The notes under the pieces: model-generated
What the model was told of the DNA's origin: nothing
The model's input: the letters and a program-made list of their open reading frames with translations, nothing else
The model's database searches: none
Position numbers and translations under genes: made by a program
Assembly (NCBI GenBank): GCA_030141605.1
Contig: JAQGDQ010000179.1
Span: 310,001-374,000 of the forward strand
DNA: 64,000 nt
Reading direction: 5' to 3'
Origin: Tubiluchus corallicola
Taxonomy: Eukaryota > Animalia > Priapulida
Part shown: piece by piece, positions 37,149-51,300 of the stretch
How the letters are laid out: each line of letters opens with the position of its first letter
Position numbering within the stretch: position 1 is the stretch's first letter

Positions 37149-39158
37149 ATGGCAAGTGAAGGAGGAGAATTGCAAGAGTACAGTGAGAGGACAGCAATAA
37201 AGAAAACCTTCAGTCAAGAATCAGACAGCAGACAAGCTTTGTTTGCCTCAAGATCCTGGCTAAATCTTTCTGTAATTCAGGTAGTAATGCCTACGTGATA
37301 GACTAGCGAGTAGCTGCTAGTTCCAGTTACAATTCAAAATCATTTTTAGTTGTTTGCAGGGTTTCCAATTATGACTTTTCAAAGTTAGATAGACAGTTTA
37401 CTAAAAGAAAATATAATTAAATCTGTTGCATTTACAAGAACACACAGTTATAATAGTTTTTTGTTGAATATTAGGAAAAATTTGATACTTCTGATGCTAA
37501 AATGCAAGATATAATTTTGCTGTATAACAGTGATACAAATCACGTATGGCTCTAAATTTATAGCAGCATAAGAATTAACTCAAAGTGCTCATTTTTGACT
37601 AGTTTATTGTAAAACACTGAAATGTGCTTCCTATTAGTCTATAATTTCTATAATTATTTTCTGTTCGTTAAATGTGTTTGCATCTGGCAGCTAGTCCAGA
37701 TGTGCCATTGGTCAAAATACTTCAGTTGTAAATAAAGCAACTTAGCAGCCATACAAGTGTAGTCATGTTTTTGCAATTAAAGTGTAAGTTGAAACATTTT
37801 ACTGTCTTGTACATTTACAACACAATGGTCAATTGTTAAATTGTGAATTTAAGATTGGACATAAACCTCGCAGGATGCTTTTTTGTAGTACAAAAATTTT
37901 ATACTATGTATAAAAGTATACTATACTGCCTATAGCCTCAGTGTACATAGTATGACATATGCAATGCAGGGGCATATTTACCAATAGGCTAACTAGGCTG
38001 TAACATGGTGCGAAAAACTGTTGAGGGCCGCCACATTTTTAGGGCCTAATGTTGAATAATTCTTGTTATCGTAATTATCCTCGGAAAATGCATGTTTTTC
38101 ATATTTCATATTAGGTACTCATGCCGCATGATTGGCAAGTTTTTCTTCCTTGTTTTTCTTGGAGATTACCAAAAAATCCATACACATCTATGCAGTCAAT
38201 CTTCAGATTGCTTTTGGAATACCAGTAGTTATAATACCACAAGCAGTTACTAAGGCTTCTTTTATATAATCACTGTTCCTCAAACTGTTACTTATTCAGT
38301 TTTTATATAAATGGGATATTAAAAGGTATTACATAAGAAATAGTAGTGTAGCCTCTTTACACATAAGTGCTATGCAAATGTATGTAAGAACTAGTAGTAG
38401 CCAAACAGGCACTAGGTTAATAAGCCATTCACCACATTTATAAAGTATAGTACATAAGCAATCATAACGGTGTTGGATGGGACTGAGCTATCAGCTTAGG
38501 GCATAGTTATGTCTGAATACACTCCTCTGGATACGTCGTATAAAACCTGTAATCAATGTCAGTCTAAAAATTACTTAACGGTTGACTGAAGCATTATTTC
38601 CATGTTACCAAGAAGCACTTTCTTCTAGATTCTAGTCTATTACATTAAATTCTAACTATGCCTAAGAAGTTGGATGCCTGCATCACATGCTCAAGAATAA
38701 CCTGAAACTTTTCTGAATTTTACAAGTTGACTATGGACCCTTGTATGCCGTACTGCATCCACGTCTATTGTATTACCTACTTAACAGGTTGCAAAACCTT
38801 ATTGTCAGTCTGGGTTGGGTGGATTTGGAGTGAACACTGCAACTTTTTTTGTATTTTTTGCTTTTTTCTTGGTAACTTTTTTCATCTAAGATCCGAAGAA
38901 ATTATCTTGAAGCAAATTAGTGTAAAACTGGTCGTGTGTACAGTAGGCAGCATAGAACTGCATGGGCAAAAAGGATACATTCTTCATTTTTTGCACCAAC
39001 GGTTCCAAGCTAATTTTAGTCTCATTTCTAGGCCAAATCTTGCTTGCAACATTTCAGTGAAAGGTACCAGAAAGTAGTGCTAAAATGTCAATAAGATGAT
39101 TGGTTGATTGATTGACTATTTGACTGAGTAATTGATTATATTGATAATTGATTGATTG

Positions 39159-39228
<70 letters not shown>

Positions 39229-39254
39229 AATTGATTGAATGAATGATTGATTGG

Positions 39255-39327
<73 letters not shown>

Positions 39328-42300
39328 GGATGGATGGATGGATGGACTGACTGACTGACGGTCTGTCTGATTTATAAGAATCTTCTATATATAATGAGCA
39401 ATGGTAACATGGTTAAATGCTGCAGCAACTACACTATTGTATTTATAGGCATAAAAGAAAGCAACTGTTGTTATTAATTTTCTTGTTATTTCATTTAGAG
39501 TTTTCCTAAAAGATACGTCGTTGCTTTGCTAGGCTTTCTTGGCTTTTGCAATGTCTACACCCTTCGGGTGAATCTGAGTATTGCTATCGTTGCCATGACA
39601 TCTAATAAAACGCAGACCGATTCAAACGGCACTAATTACACGGTGAGTTCACTGATCAACGTGGAAGGCAACTCTTTCAGTTTTGAACACGATTGCTTTA
39701 TTGGTTTTAACTTCATTGCAAATGTAAAGGCATTTGGCAGCGTATTGAAATATGTACTTTATCAATAAATCTCTATAACGCATATAAAGGTTTGATAAAA
39801 TCAGGCCTTTAATCATAAAAAATTGCTTAACAGAAGTTGTGTAGCTGCTTTACTAATAAGAATGTACATAAAATTGTTTACTTTTTATATATAACTTATG
39901 TGTATAGTAGGTTAAACCTTACGTATTGTGCAAAGGTGAATGTAAGTAAGCACATTGCTTTGTATTTAATTTACATTAGTTAATAACTACAGCACATCGT
40001 GAAAATTAGAATTCAAAATGACCTATTTTAAATTTTAGCTTATTATGATAAATATATAAAAGTGATATGCTGAATGCTATGGTTAACATTTGATTTATAC
40101 AATCTCAATTTTCCAATGCTGTCTATGCTTTACACAGACGGAGAATCATCCTTAACATGCAATTGAAATGATAAAATAAACTCCATTTCTTTCCAACTAT
40201 TTGCTTTAAATATTTGTTTAATAAGGCATAAGCATTTATTTTCAATGCGTCTGCCGAAGTAGGAAAGATGCTGCATTTCCTGATAGACTATGAACTGATC
40301 GCTGTTACAGCCAAGGCCAAGCTTCCCATTACTGTCACCACATAATCATAACACACTGATAACCAGTAGGTCTAGTTGCTTCATACTACCAAAACCAGAA
40401 GTGATAGCTAAAAAGATAAATATAGTTTATTCTTTAAGGACATGATCCACATGAGATTACATAACAATGAAATATAAATTTTTTTAGGCAGTACTACAAC
40501 TTAAAAATTATGATAAAGACATACCGAATTTTATGACATTCTTTAAAAAAGCTACTGTCGTATAAAACATAATAAAATATGCAAAAGTATTATGGAATGT
40601 TAAAATTTTAAGTTGCTGCCGCGGCAGATGTGGATATAATACAGTATTCAGATTTGTGGCCGTTCAATTAAAATTTCTCTTAAAGGAGATTATTATTAAA
40701 ATGTCAATCACTGAAATAGTTTTGTTTATAGAGCGTACATTTCATTGCTATTTAGAAATTTCATTGGATCTGGTTAACTGGCAAGAACCTCTGCAATTTC
40801 ATGCCTGAATGGGAAAATTTAATTATTATTCCTTATGATATTAAAAAAGTGAATTCGATAACTTAGCTGGCATTCGGTTGCATGAGCTACATGAGTACTT
40901 GTCCCGTTTTTTCATTCCATTAGTTACCCCCTGCACTTGCCACTAATGCAAATTTATTTTACATTAACGTTTCTGCGCACTCCTGCTGTTTATTAGAATT
41001 GAATTCTTTTGAATCTGCAAAAGAAAATTGAGAGCTGAATTATTAACCTTCGTCTAACTTTGAACAACCTAAATTACTAAATGATTACAAATTGATTAGC
41101 TTTCTGGTAGAAGTTTCAGTTGCAAGCTGTAGGATTCTACAGTTTGCTCTGTGTGTATGTTACATAATTTGTAACATATACTTGCTTATCAAACATTGTT
41201 TTTGCATGGTTCATCCATTTTTCAAGGCTTTATTAACTTTTGGGCGATGTTAGATACTGTTTAAACAGCTTTTTTCGTATTAGTACTTGTCAAGATTGTG
41301 ATGTGAAAATGTTATATTTATAGCATCAAAGTCAAACTATTCATATATTTTCAAATTTATTGATTTTACACATATCATAACCACATTAATTGACACACAT
41401 ATTTCAAAGACAATATATAATCAGTAGGGTAAAAGCAATTAGGTGACAATGATCACTGTTATTAAAGAAAAATAATGCAGGGACACCTAAAAAATCGTGG
41501 CTAGTGGCAAGCTAGTCCAATCATAAGTATTTTTTATAATAATTTGTAAAACAGAATTTTCTCTGGTGTTAGTTGTTAGTATTTTTGTACACCATTATCC
41601 TAAGATTAAAAACTACTGCCTGTTCTAAGGAAACATATATGTATAAACACCTTTTGTTAACAAAAATATTAAATTAAAACTAGGAATTTTTTGCTATATT
41701 GTATTTAACTGTGCGAAAAACGAGGCACCATGCAAAGTCAGCACATGTTTTAAAGTTGATATCCAGAGAATTATGGTAGAAAACAGGACTATATTTTGGA
41801 TAAGTAAGCTAATCTAAAATTATGTGACAAAAATGGGAGTATTGTTTTGCATCTTTTTTCACAAGTGCTAAAACAAGGCATGTTATCAGGATAAATAATA
41901 TTATACAGTGTTTGTTCCTGATCTGAATAGTTGGTGTACTTAAAGTGCACATGATCATGTTTAGTTTATGCTATGATGCTATGACTTCTTTCTGAAAGGG
42001 TTTCAGTCTTTTTCATACTCATTTCACAATATCTCTACAACTTGAACTGCTTAAGCTTTGTGGAGCTTTGAAACAAATCCTTTATGTGTATTCATTTTTA
42101 TTACAGATATTTTTTAAACCATGACAATTGTGAATTTGTACATTGCATTTGTTGTGATTTGCCATTATGTCAGAGCAATTATTTTGACTAGTTGCTCACC
42201 TGAGGTTCTCATAATTATTGGTCTTTTGTAAATTGCTATTTTAGGAACCTGAGTTTGATTGGGATACCAGGCAACAAGGTTATATCCTAGGTTCATTTTT

Positions 42301-45300
42301 CTATGGGTACATAGTAACACAGATTCCCGCTGGTAAGTTGTTTGCTTGCGAATTTTATACATATATGTATGAACGTTTTGCTTATTAATTGTAGGTTGTA
42401 GTGTGAAAAAAGAATCTTTGGGTACATAATAGCAAGTATAGAACATGTGATGTTCAGCTTGCATAATTTAAGCAGGCTTATAACATGTAAAAGTGTCCAT
42501 GGAGGTATTATCTAGAATTCTAGATATTTTGACGTAATTCTGTTGTTTTGCTTGATATATATATATATTTATATATCGCATTTTTGCTCCTCCAATATGT
42601 ATTTCTGCATCACATTGCCATACTTATGGATCGAGATTTTTGTAAAAAAAACAACAGGAAAAAGTCTTTCCTAAAACTAACATCTTAAGTGTGAAATGCT
42701 TGGTGCTTTTTATGAAAAATTTGGATTACTGATGATTGCACTGAATTGCCGGAAACCTAACTGGCCTTTTATAAAGTGGAACATGCAGGTGGCTCACTGG
42801 TTCTACCCAACCGGTTTGATAGCTTTTCTTATATATAAACTATGAGTAACTGTTAGACATCTCATAAGATTCTACTGCGTCCCGGTCCTGTTGACTATAA
42901 TTTTAAATTTCTGTATTTCCTCCTCGTGTTTTTTATTTGCTGTGCTTTTATAGGCTAGTACTACAAAATCAGCAAGACCGTTAAAATGCCATAAGCCAGA
43001 TGGTATAGTCTAGTGGTAATGCCGGGAAGGTAGTGAGTTCGATACCAAAGACTTTAAGACTTTAAAAATGGTATCTGCTGTTGCCCTGCCTAGCACATAG
43101 TATTTGGGGTGAAAGTGGGGTAATACCAATGTAGGTGTAGTTTGTTTATTACAGTCGGCGATAAAAGCCATATTGCAGGCTTATGTTGTCTGTTGAATTT
43201 AAAGCCGACTTTAAATAAGGATTATTATTATCATTATCAAAAAAATTGTAAAGAACAGCTATCTATTTTAGTCCTGATATATTATATAACAGGGACACGA
43301 GCTAGCAAAGCAAATGAGTTAGAGCTTGTAGTACCTTTTAATTGAAAAAAGTCTTTGCTGATTTATTATTTCAAGCATTGATCCAAAGAGCTGAAATAAG
43401 TTACCAATGGAAATTAGAGCTTGTACAAATTTAAATTCTTTTAAAAGGAAACCAAAATTTGATCTTTTTAATCAGTATTTTAATGTTTTGTAGACTTTTT
43501 GTGATTTATAGATGGTTTAATTGTGCAATAGCTTTTTAGTTTTTTAATTACCTAATTATCTTTCAATATATGTACAGTATCTTTGAAAAAAATGATTGAA
43601 ACACCATTTTATAAATAAATACATTTTTATTATTATTACATTTTACCCTTGCTGATGCTTACATTTTCATATTTTAAAGTGTCTTCCTAATCAATATTGA
43701 CAATACTTATTTTACAGCGCTTATGCTGCAGTGGGTGATTATGCACTGCAAAGCAATCAAGGCATTACCACCTTCTAGGCATCTTAATGAGCCACTATTG
43801 ATTAGCTGCCTGGTGACAGAAAATAATTATTGTACATTTTTTTCCACCTTAGGGCTTTGTACACATTACATGTAAACGCAGTAGACTTTTATAGTAGCAT
43901 AGAGTGGACTACTGTTGACGAAGTGGCTGTCGTAACATTGATGAAAAAATCCCACTGTTGAGAAAAGAGGAAAAAACACGACATTTCCAACCTAGGCCGA
44001 ATTAAGACCTCCAGAGGCCCTAAGCACGGGAAAATCATGGTATCCCATATATGTGTAATTCAGAATAAAAACAATATTAAGCTGTAAAATGAAATTTTAT
44101 CTAGAGTAATTGCTAGGGCATCAACTTTACATTGCATAAAAAAGTGAAATTAGATTAAAAATACAGAGACGACTCTAAATCTTATAAAGGCACTGCCGTT
44201 CAGCAAACCTACATGCGAATTGCATAACAATAAACGTAATTTAGCTTATCACAAGAAATCTGCATGATATTATAGTGATCAAAACTTATCCTAGCAAACA
44301 TAGTGCAAACACTTTCATTTTCATTTCTTAAGGAAATTGACATGAGAGAAAAATGCAAATCCAAGAATTGAAAAATTTGTGTAACATTTTCTCTACAGAA
44401 ATGATTTCAACCTTTCAAGATTGTGGTGATCTAGAAAAGGACCGAGATGCTGGTCCTTTTCATATTGTAAACAAACACAAAAACCGCCACACATATTCCG
44501 ACATATTTTACTTTGGAGTAATTTGGAAAAACTGTATGGGGGGCTTATCTTCTCTTGAGGCCCTTGCTTATTTTGCTTAATGGTTAAAACAGGGCTATTT
44601 CCAACTACCTCTGTAGATTATTTTCATGTGAAAAAAAAACGCACTAGGTTACTAAAATTAACTTTTGGAGAGTGTTTTTTTTGTGCGTTGTGCTAACACA
44701 ATAAGATGTCACACTTAAAAAAGGATACAATAATTTTACAAAAATTTGGAAAAAAAATAGAAATGCGACAATTAAAAACCACAAAGGAGAAATACAGAAG
44801 CATAAAATCAGTGGTCACAGTCACAGAACATGAAGTGGGACACAGTAGAATCATATGAGATGTATAACAAGGACTTGATGCACCTGTAAATGTTCAAGAG
44901 TAAACTGTTTGTAAAATCTACCATATCATTCACTAACACTGGAAACACCACTAAATAAAATGAAACATTCAATATTGTATATATGTTATTGTTGTGTAAG
45001 TTAACTATACCGTACTTATTGTATATTTTTTTCCTTAAATTTAACTATCGCTGTTTTGTTTTTTTGTTCATATGATTTTTTTCTTATACCTAATTTTAGT
45101 TTTTTTTCTAGTAATTTTGTGGTGCTTATAGCTTTTATTTTGTTAATAAAAGAAGGGTAGCTGACCTGATGGTTTCACTACGCTTTCTCTTGCACCCACT
45201 TAATTATTTCTTAATATATTTCGCAGAAATGTATTCCTTTTACTTTAGAGGAAATTTTATATGTTTAATCAGTTGTGCAAATGTTGTATGAAATGTGTAT

Positions 45301-48300
45301 TAGAAGAGGTCAATAAACATATCTGTGTCTATGTCATGGCTTATATACAAGAAAAAGTTGTCAAACCGGTTAGGCAGAAGACAACAACAGAATGTTCATT
45401 AGCAACCCAGGAAGTTGAAAGGGGAAGACAAAAAAGTAAGACCATATGTGGTCTACATTAGTCAGAAAAAAATGATGAATGCAAAATAAACAAAGGCCTA
45501 AAGATCATATCATAGTAAGATGAGCATGACCTAAATTTGGCACAGTGAACTTAGATATGAATTTCTCTCTTCACTCTTGTAGGCTGGCTTGCGTCTAAAG
45601 TTGGTGGAAAGGTCTTGCTAGGTTCAGGCGTTTTCGTAGCCGCCCTTTTTACAGTAGTCACTCCAATTTGTGCAGAGACTAGCATCTACTTGCTGATTGC
45701 TTGCCGTGTTCTGGAAGGCCTGTTTGAGGTAATTAATTAACCAATTAATTTAACGATTACATAATTAAACCACCTAGTTATCTTTATTTATTGAAAAGAT
45801 TGAGTATTTTTGAAGATCTGCTTTCCCCCTGTTAAGGGGTACTGTTTTGGTGGCTTAAGTACTTTTTTATTTGATTTACTGCAAATAAGTTTAAAAAAGA
45901 CACAATTGGCCCAAAATGAGGGATTAATTTAGATTTGTGTTTTAACTATAAATTGTTTTTAGTCGTTTGTAAAGCATCCTACAATTTAAGGTGTAGCTAT
46001 CTGTCGTCCATGCAGTTGACTTATATATAGGCTTACATGCCAAAATGAGCTGCTATAAAATTTGATTTGAAAGGTTGACGTAATTCAAAAAGATATATTA
46101 TATTTGTTCCACTGATATGAGCATTTCATTATGCTGGAATGAGCTGATAATTAATTAGATTTGAATACGCTGACATAGCCGAATAGGATCTTTGTCCAGC
46201 GGCTACTCAGTGCAGTTCTTGATAAAATGCTTATAGAAGTACATATTTGTTGTACAAATAAATTATAATTAATTTTTCTTGTTTTCTGCTTTGAAATGTA
46301 GGCAATGAAAATGTTTTTAGTGCAGGTAAAGTTATTATGCTTGTGTTTTTGAATTTCTGAATTTTTAGTCATTTGGTAAGGTGAAAGGATTAGTCACCTG
46401 TTGTACAGTGACCGTTTGATGATTCCCATGTTTATAATGCCATTGCAGTGTAGCAAACGAATGTAGCGAGATTACAGTAATTTATTGTATCATAGAAGTA
46501 AATCGTTTTCACAGAATCACAATACTGCTTGATTGACCTATTATGTATTTGTCTTTGCTTGCTTGCACACTTCGCAATTAAGCAGTATGGCACTGCCATC
46601 GTTCATTATTGTTAGTTTATGTCCAAACAATAACATTTTTAGGTTTGAGCTTGATAATAAATCTGTTGAAGAGACGTTCATGAAAAATTCAGATATCTTG
46701 TTATGCTGGCACTCTGAAGAAACAAAGACATTTGATGGTTTATTCAACAATTGAATGCTGTGTTTGCTTTTGGGTGTATATTGAAGATTTTGCTGCTGAT
46801 ACATTCTGCACTACAGGATATTTTTGCATTATAATAAATATTTAAAACAGCTTATTGCCTTGAACTTATTTGACATTGTTTATTTTTATTGAAATCTGCA
46901 TTCCAGGGCGTGGCTTACCCATCAATGCATCAGCTGTGGTCAAACTGGGCCCCTCCATTAGAACGGACTAAATTGACTACTATAGCTTTCTCAGGTAAAA
47001 TATTAACATAGTTGCTACTTATATATAAATGCTGCTTTTCATGCTATTTGTTCCTGTATACAGTAGCAAGTAAAAAAAACAAAAAATGGTTTGATTAAAA
47101 TTATTAAAAATATGTAATAAGCAATTTTGTTAGTGATCATTAAAAAATTTAGTGGAATCACGATGATTAGAAAATTTTTGATTCCGATCCCGATCACGTT
47201 CAATTTTCAGAGCTGGCTGCAATCACGATCACAATTGTGATCAAATAATCTAATACTTAATATACATAAATTCACAAATTAAAGCAAATGGGTATTTTTT
47301 GACAAGATTCATACTTGGCGCTCAACTGTTTTGTACAAAGCACACAATTGTTTCATTAAGTTGAGTATACTTTCATTCTTGGTACAGCAGTCTTGGCATC
47401 CACTATTATAATAATGTTAGAAACCTTCATATTGCAATTTTGACAACTGTAACAGATGTGTGGTTGACAATATTGCAAAAAACTGAATAAGAATTCTAAA
47501 AATTTCTTTGAAATCATTTGTTCAATCACAGAATTTGATCACGATACTGATCGCAATCATTTTCGATTACAATCCTGGTAATAAGCAAATGATCTATTAT
47601 TGTTAAAGGAAAGCCAAACGATTGATTAGACTCATTTTAATTTACTGTCCAAAAGGTACATTTTCTTGCCTTTTAAAGTTAGCAATTGTTCCTAGTATTT
47701 GAATAATTACCTTGGAAAGTTAATTAACAGCAACTGAACACAGCTGTCACTAACATCACAAACTAACCACAGTTTGCGCAATGGTAGGCATCTTCCCTGC
47801 ATGTCAGGCAAGTTTGCGTAAGCGAAGATTGTTATAACATTGATGTGATGTCACGTAAATGAGCTCTACTTCACAGACGAACACTGCAGTTTATTATCAT
47901 GCTTATCAGGTACCGCATCTATTTGTCAGCAACACGAATGTGACAAAAAGGCGCCATTGCCAGTCTTCACAATTCGCTGAGCCATGTCTTTGAAAGTTTA
48001 ACAAAATTTAACTTTTCGAGATAATTATTATTTAATCTAAGCTTTGACTTAAAAAAAGCTGTTATTGTTTTCACTATTTTAGAGAATACTTTATTTTGGA
48101 CTAATGTCTACACAATCGTCTGGTTTTCCTTTCAGAAAAAGCTAAACATTAAGTGAGTCTATTACTATTCGTTATGATTTTTTTGGCTCATCTAAACTTA
48201 TTTTAATTATCTGTTGAAGGGGATGCATGCATGTGCATGTGTGTTTATGATACAGTTGGTTGTAATATCATTTCTTGCTAAGACGTTTGCTTCATTAGCA

Positions 48301-51300
48301 CTAATTTAATTAAACTTTTAAGGTTCTTATGTGGGAACAGTTGTGGCTCTACTATTGTCTGGTGTATTAGCAGAAAATGTCGGTTGGCAATCTGTCTTCT
48401 ATTTCTTTGGTAAGTTCGCTTGCCCCTGTTTCTCCACGGTAAGGATTTACCGTGAAATATCTCTTGTAGCTGTGTTGAAATAATTTTATATATTTGTGGA
48501 ATTGTGAGATTTCCGAAGAAAGCCCAGTCGCACTTTGTTAATATTTTGGTTTGGTTGTAGAAACGTCTCATGAGACCTAGCAGCATAAAGCATTTTCGTT
48601 TGGCTATGCACACCCGCAGTTGCTGTAGGTCAAAGGTTAAGTGTACCACAGCAATGCATCTTAGCTACAACCGTCAAGTGATGTGTGGGTAAAGCAAAGC
48701 CATCTGCCATGTTAATTCAGTAACGTCAGTTGTTGTACGTGAACTTTACTTAATTATGCATTAGCATGATTTATTAGCAGGATCTTGCTTGGGAACAAGA
48801 AGAAGTGAACTAGGTAAGGTTCTAGCTATCTGTTAAAACTGTTACCATTACGATAGCATGGGATGCGAGACGTTATCAAGTGTACATAAATGCGTTGTCT
48901 GGTACAGTTAACCTTCGACCTTTTCACGATCATCATCAATTGGTGGAACTGTGAAAGGGCTTATTACGAATTCAATGATCATTTATACTCTGTGTTGGCT
49001 AATTCGTCTTAACCTGTGACAGTTATTCCGTGTCATCAGTATTACCAAGGAGCTCAACTTGCATTTACTGCTTTGCCGTATTTAGTGACTCTTAAAACAT
49101 GCATGTGGAAGCTAAATTTATCAACTGACATAACTGAATTGTAGAATTGATAGAACTGAAAAGCTGAGAGACTGTTATTCTGTTTTAGAATGATTACTGA
49201 TCATCTTAGACACAGTAAAAGTGTATATAATTATTGTTCGATTGTAATTAGTGAAAACTGTGTAAGAGGACAATCTATTAAGGAATGTATCTCTACTATA
49301 GAGTTTTTAATAAAACTGTCCAGAAACAATTTTCTCATTTGTTTACTTTGCATAGCAGCTTACTTATCTGTCATAGCAACACATACATTATGAACACTCC
49401 TGCACTTTAATATTGCACTTAGAGTTGCATAGACTGCCAGCTCTTAACAAACTGAATGAAACTCATCAGCATTGTTTGTTTACTGTGATTTTTTACATAT
49501 TAGTATAAAATGTACAAACTCTGCGTCAGAATTTATTTGCAGCAACTACTGTTCCTTAGGTGTAAATTTGGTACACTAAAAGAATTATTTTCCGCTTCTT
49601 AGCTATGCAGCTTAGCTAGTGCATTTTCTGCTCTTTCAATATATAATATGTGGCCACAAGAATCATAGAAAAATATTTACTGTAATTTACAGTAAAGGTT
49701 CTACCATTCACAAAAATTTTACCATCTTGTTTAATAACTAAGCCAAGAAAAATGCACGACTCAGATTCATACTCCTCCATTTCTCACAGATTTGTGTTGC
49801 AAATTTAGAGTAAATCTTTGTGTTTTTTATAGCTAAATAAATCGTTCGGCTCAGTTCATAATGCAAAATATCATTGGCTGTGAGAAAAATTTTCTTCACT
49901 TTCATTATTGTTTACACAGGCAGCAAAAATAAGACTTAGGTACCCTTATAGTATAGCCATCAGATGTCTGAATACCTCATGGTTAAAATTCATGTTTTTG
50001 CCTTTTTCTGCCAGATTTCTTAATTGTTTACTTGTGTGCTTCTTTTATGAAAGAGACCTATATGCACTGAGAACTTGCTTTTGTAATTCAGGTGTTCTAG
50101 CTGTTGTATGGTTCATAGTCTGGGGCTATGTTGTTGTGGAATATCCCTATGATCATCCTACAATAAGCAATGAGGAACTGGAATACATTCAGGCTAGCAT
50201 TGGTTTTACTCATCAGCAAGTTGTTGTGAGTATCTTCGTGTGTTTTTTCTTGATTATGTTGTTGCTACTTCTTTTTTATCTATTTATGCCACAGAAATGA
50301 AATTTAACTCTCCAAGGAAAGTGTTATTGTCTTGTGTTTGACTTGTCAGGGTTAGTTCATAACATGGAAAAATTGCTAAGTGTCATAAAAGGAATTTACT
50401 GAGCGGTCAAAGGTATCAAAATTATCGTACAACAAACTAAACCTGGGAAGCAGCCAGAGTATCCAATAAGCTTGTGAGTGGTATTACAGTCAATAATCAG
50501 TTCTTAATAAGTTGAGTCTGCAAAATGTTGACATGAAATTTATTTAAAAATACTGACATGTTTCTTGCGAAAGAGCATTCTCAAGGTAAACTGCAGTTAA
50601 AACTAAGTTGATGCGTCGTGTCTGATTTATTTCATTGCTGTTATAAACACTAAGTAGTCACTTCTTTACTCTTGATGTCATTTCTAGCTGTGGTCATCTC
50701 CATACTCTTAATGTCATTGCTAGCTGCACTGGCCTCCATGCTCTTGTCATTTCTAGCTGTGATTGCCTCCTTTAATATCTAATTGCCTCCTTTAATATCT
50801 AATTGCTAGAAACATTTTGGAATTATTATAAGTGATAAATGCATATTGTTTATTATACTTCAAAATGAGTTAGAATCTGAAAAGTCATCCTGCTTTCCTT
50901 TAATTCTATGAGTCATGTTAGTGTAAGGTTAGCAGCAAATAAGGTGTCATGTTATAAATGTATTTACTTGCTTGATTTTTGTTTGTTTCAGGGCCAGAAT
51001 CCGCCATGGAGCAGGCTGTTTACCTCACTGCCAGTATGGGCTATAGTGCTTGCTCATTTTGCTGCAAACTGGGGATTCTACACGCTTCTTACAACTTTGC
51101 CGATGTTCTTACATGATGTGTTCAAATTTCAGTTGGACTTAGTAAGTTTTCACTGTCATATAGCTGAACATTTGTGAGTGCAGGTGCCATTTTAACGAAA
51201 TATCAAATACTGTTCTAACAGTAAAGTAATACTAGCCTACAGTTACAATATAAATCATAGTATCCTTTGATGTAAAATCATTTGCATTGGATATCCCTTT

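Noticed and set aside
50665-50808. Short local tandem repeats in an SLC17 intron
   Set aside because: Ordinary slippage duplications of about 35 bp and 20 bp with no further structure.
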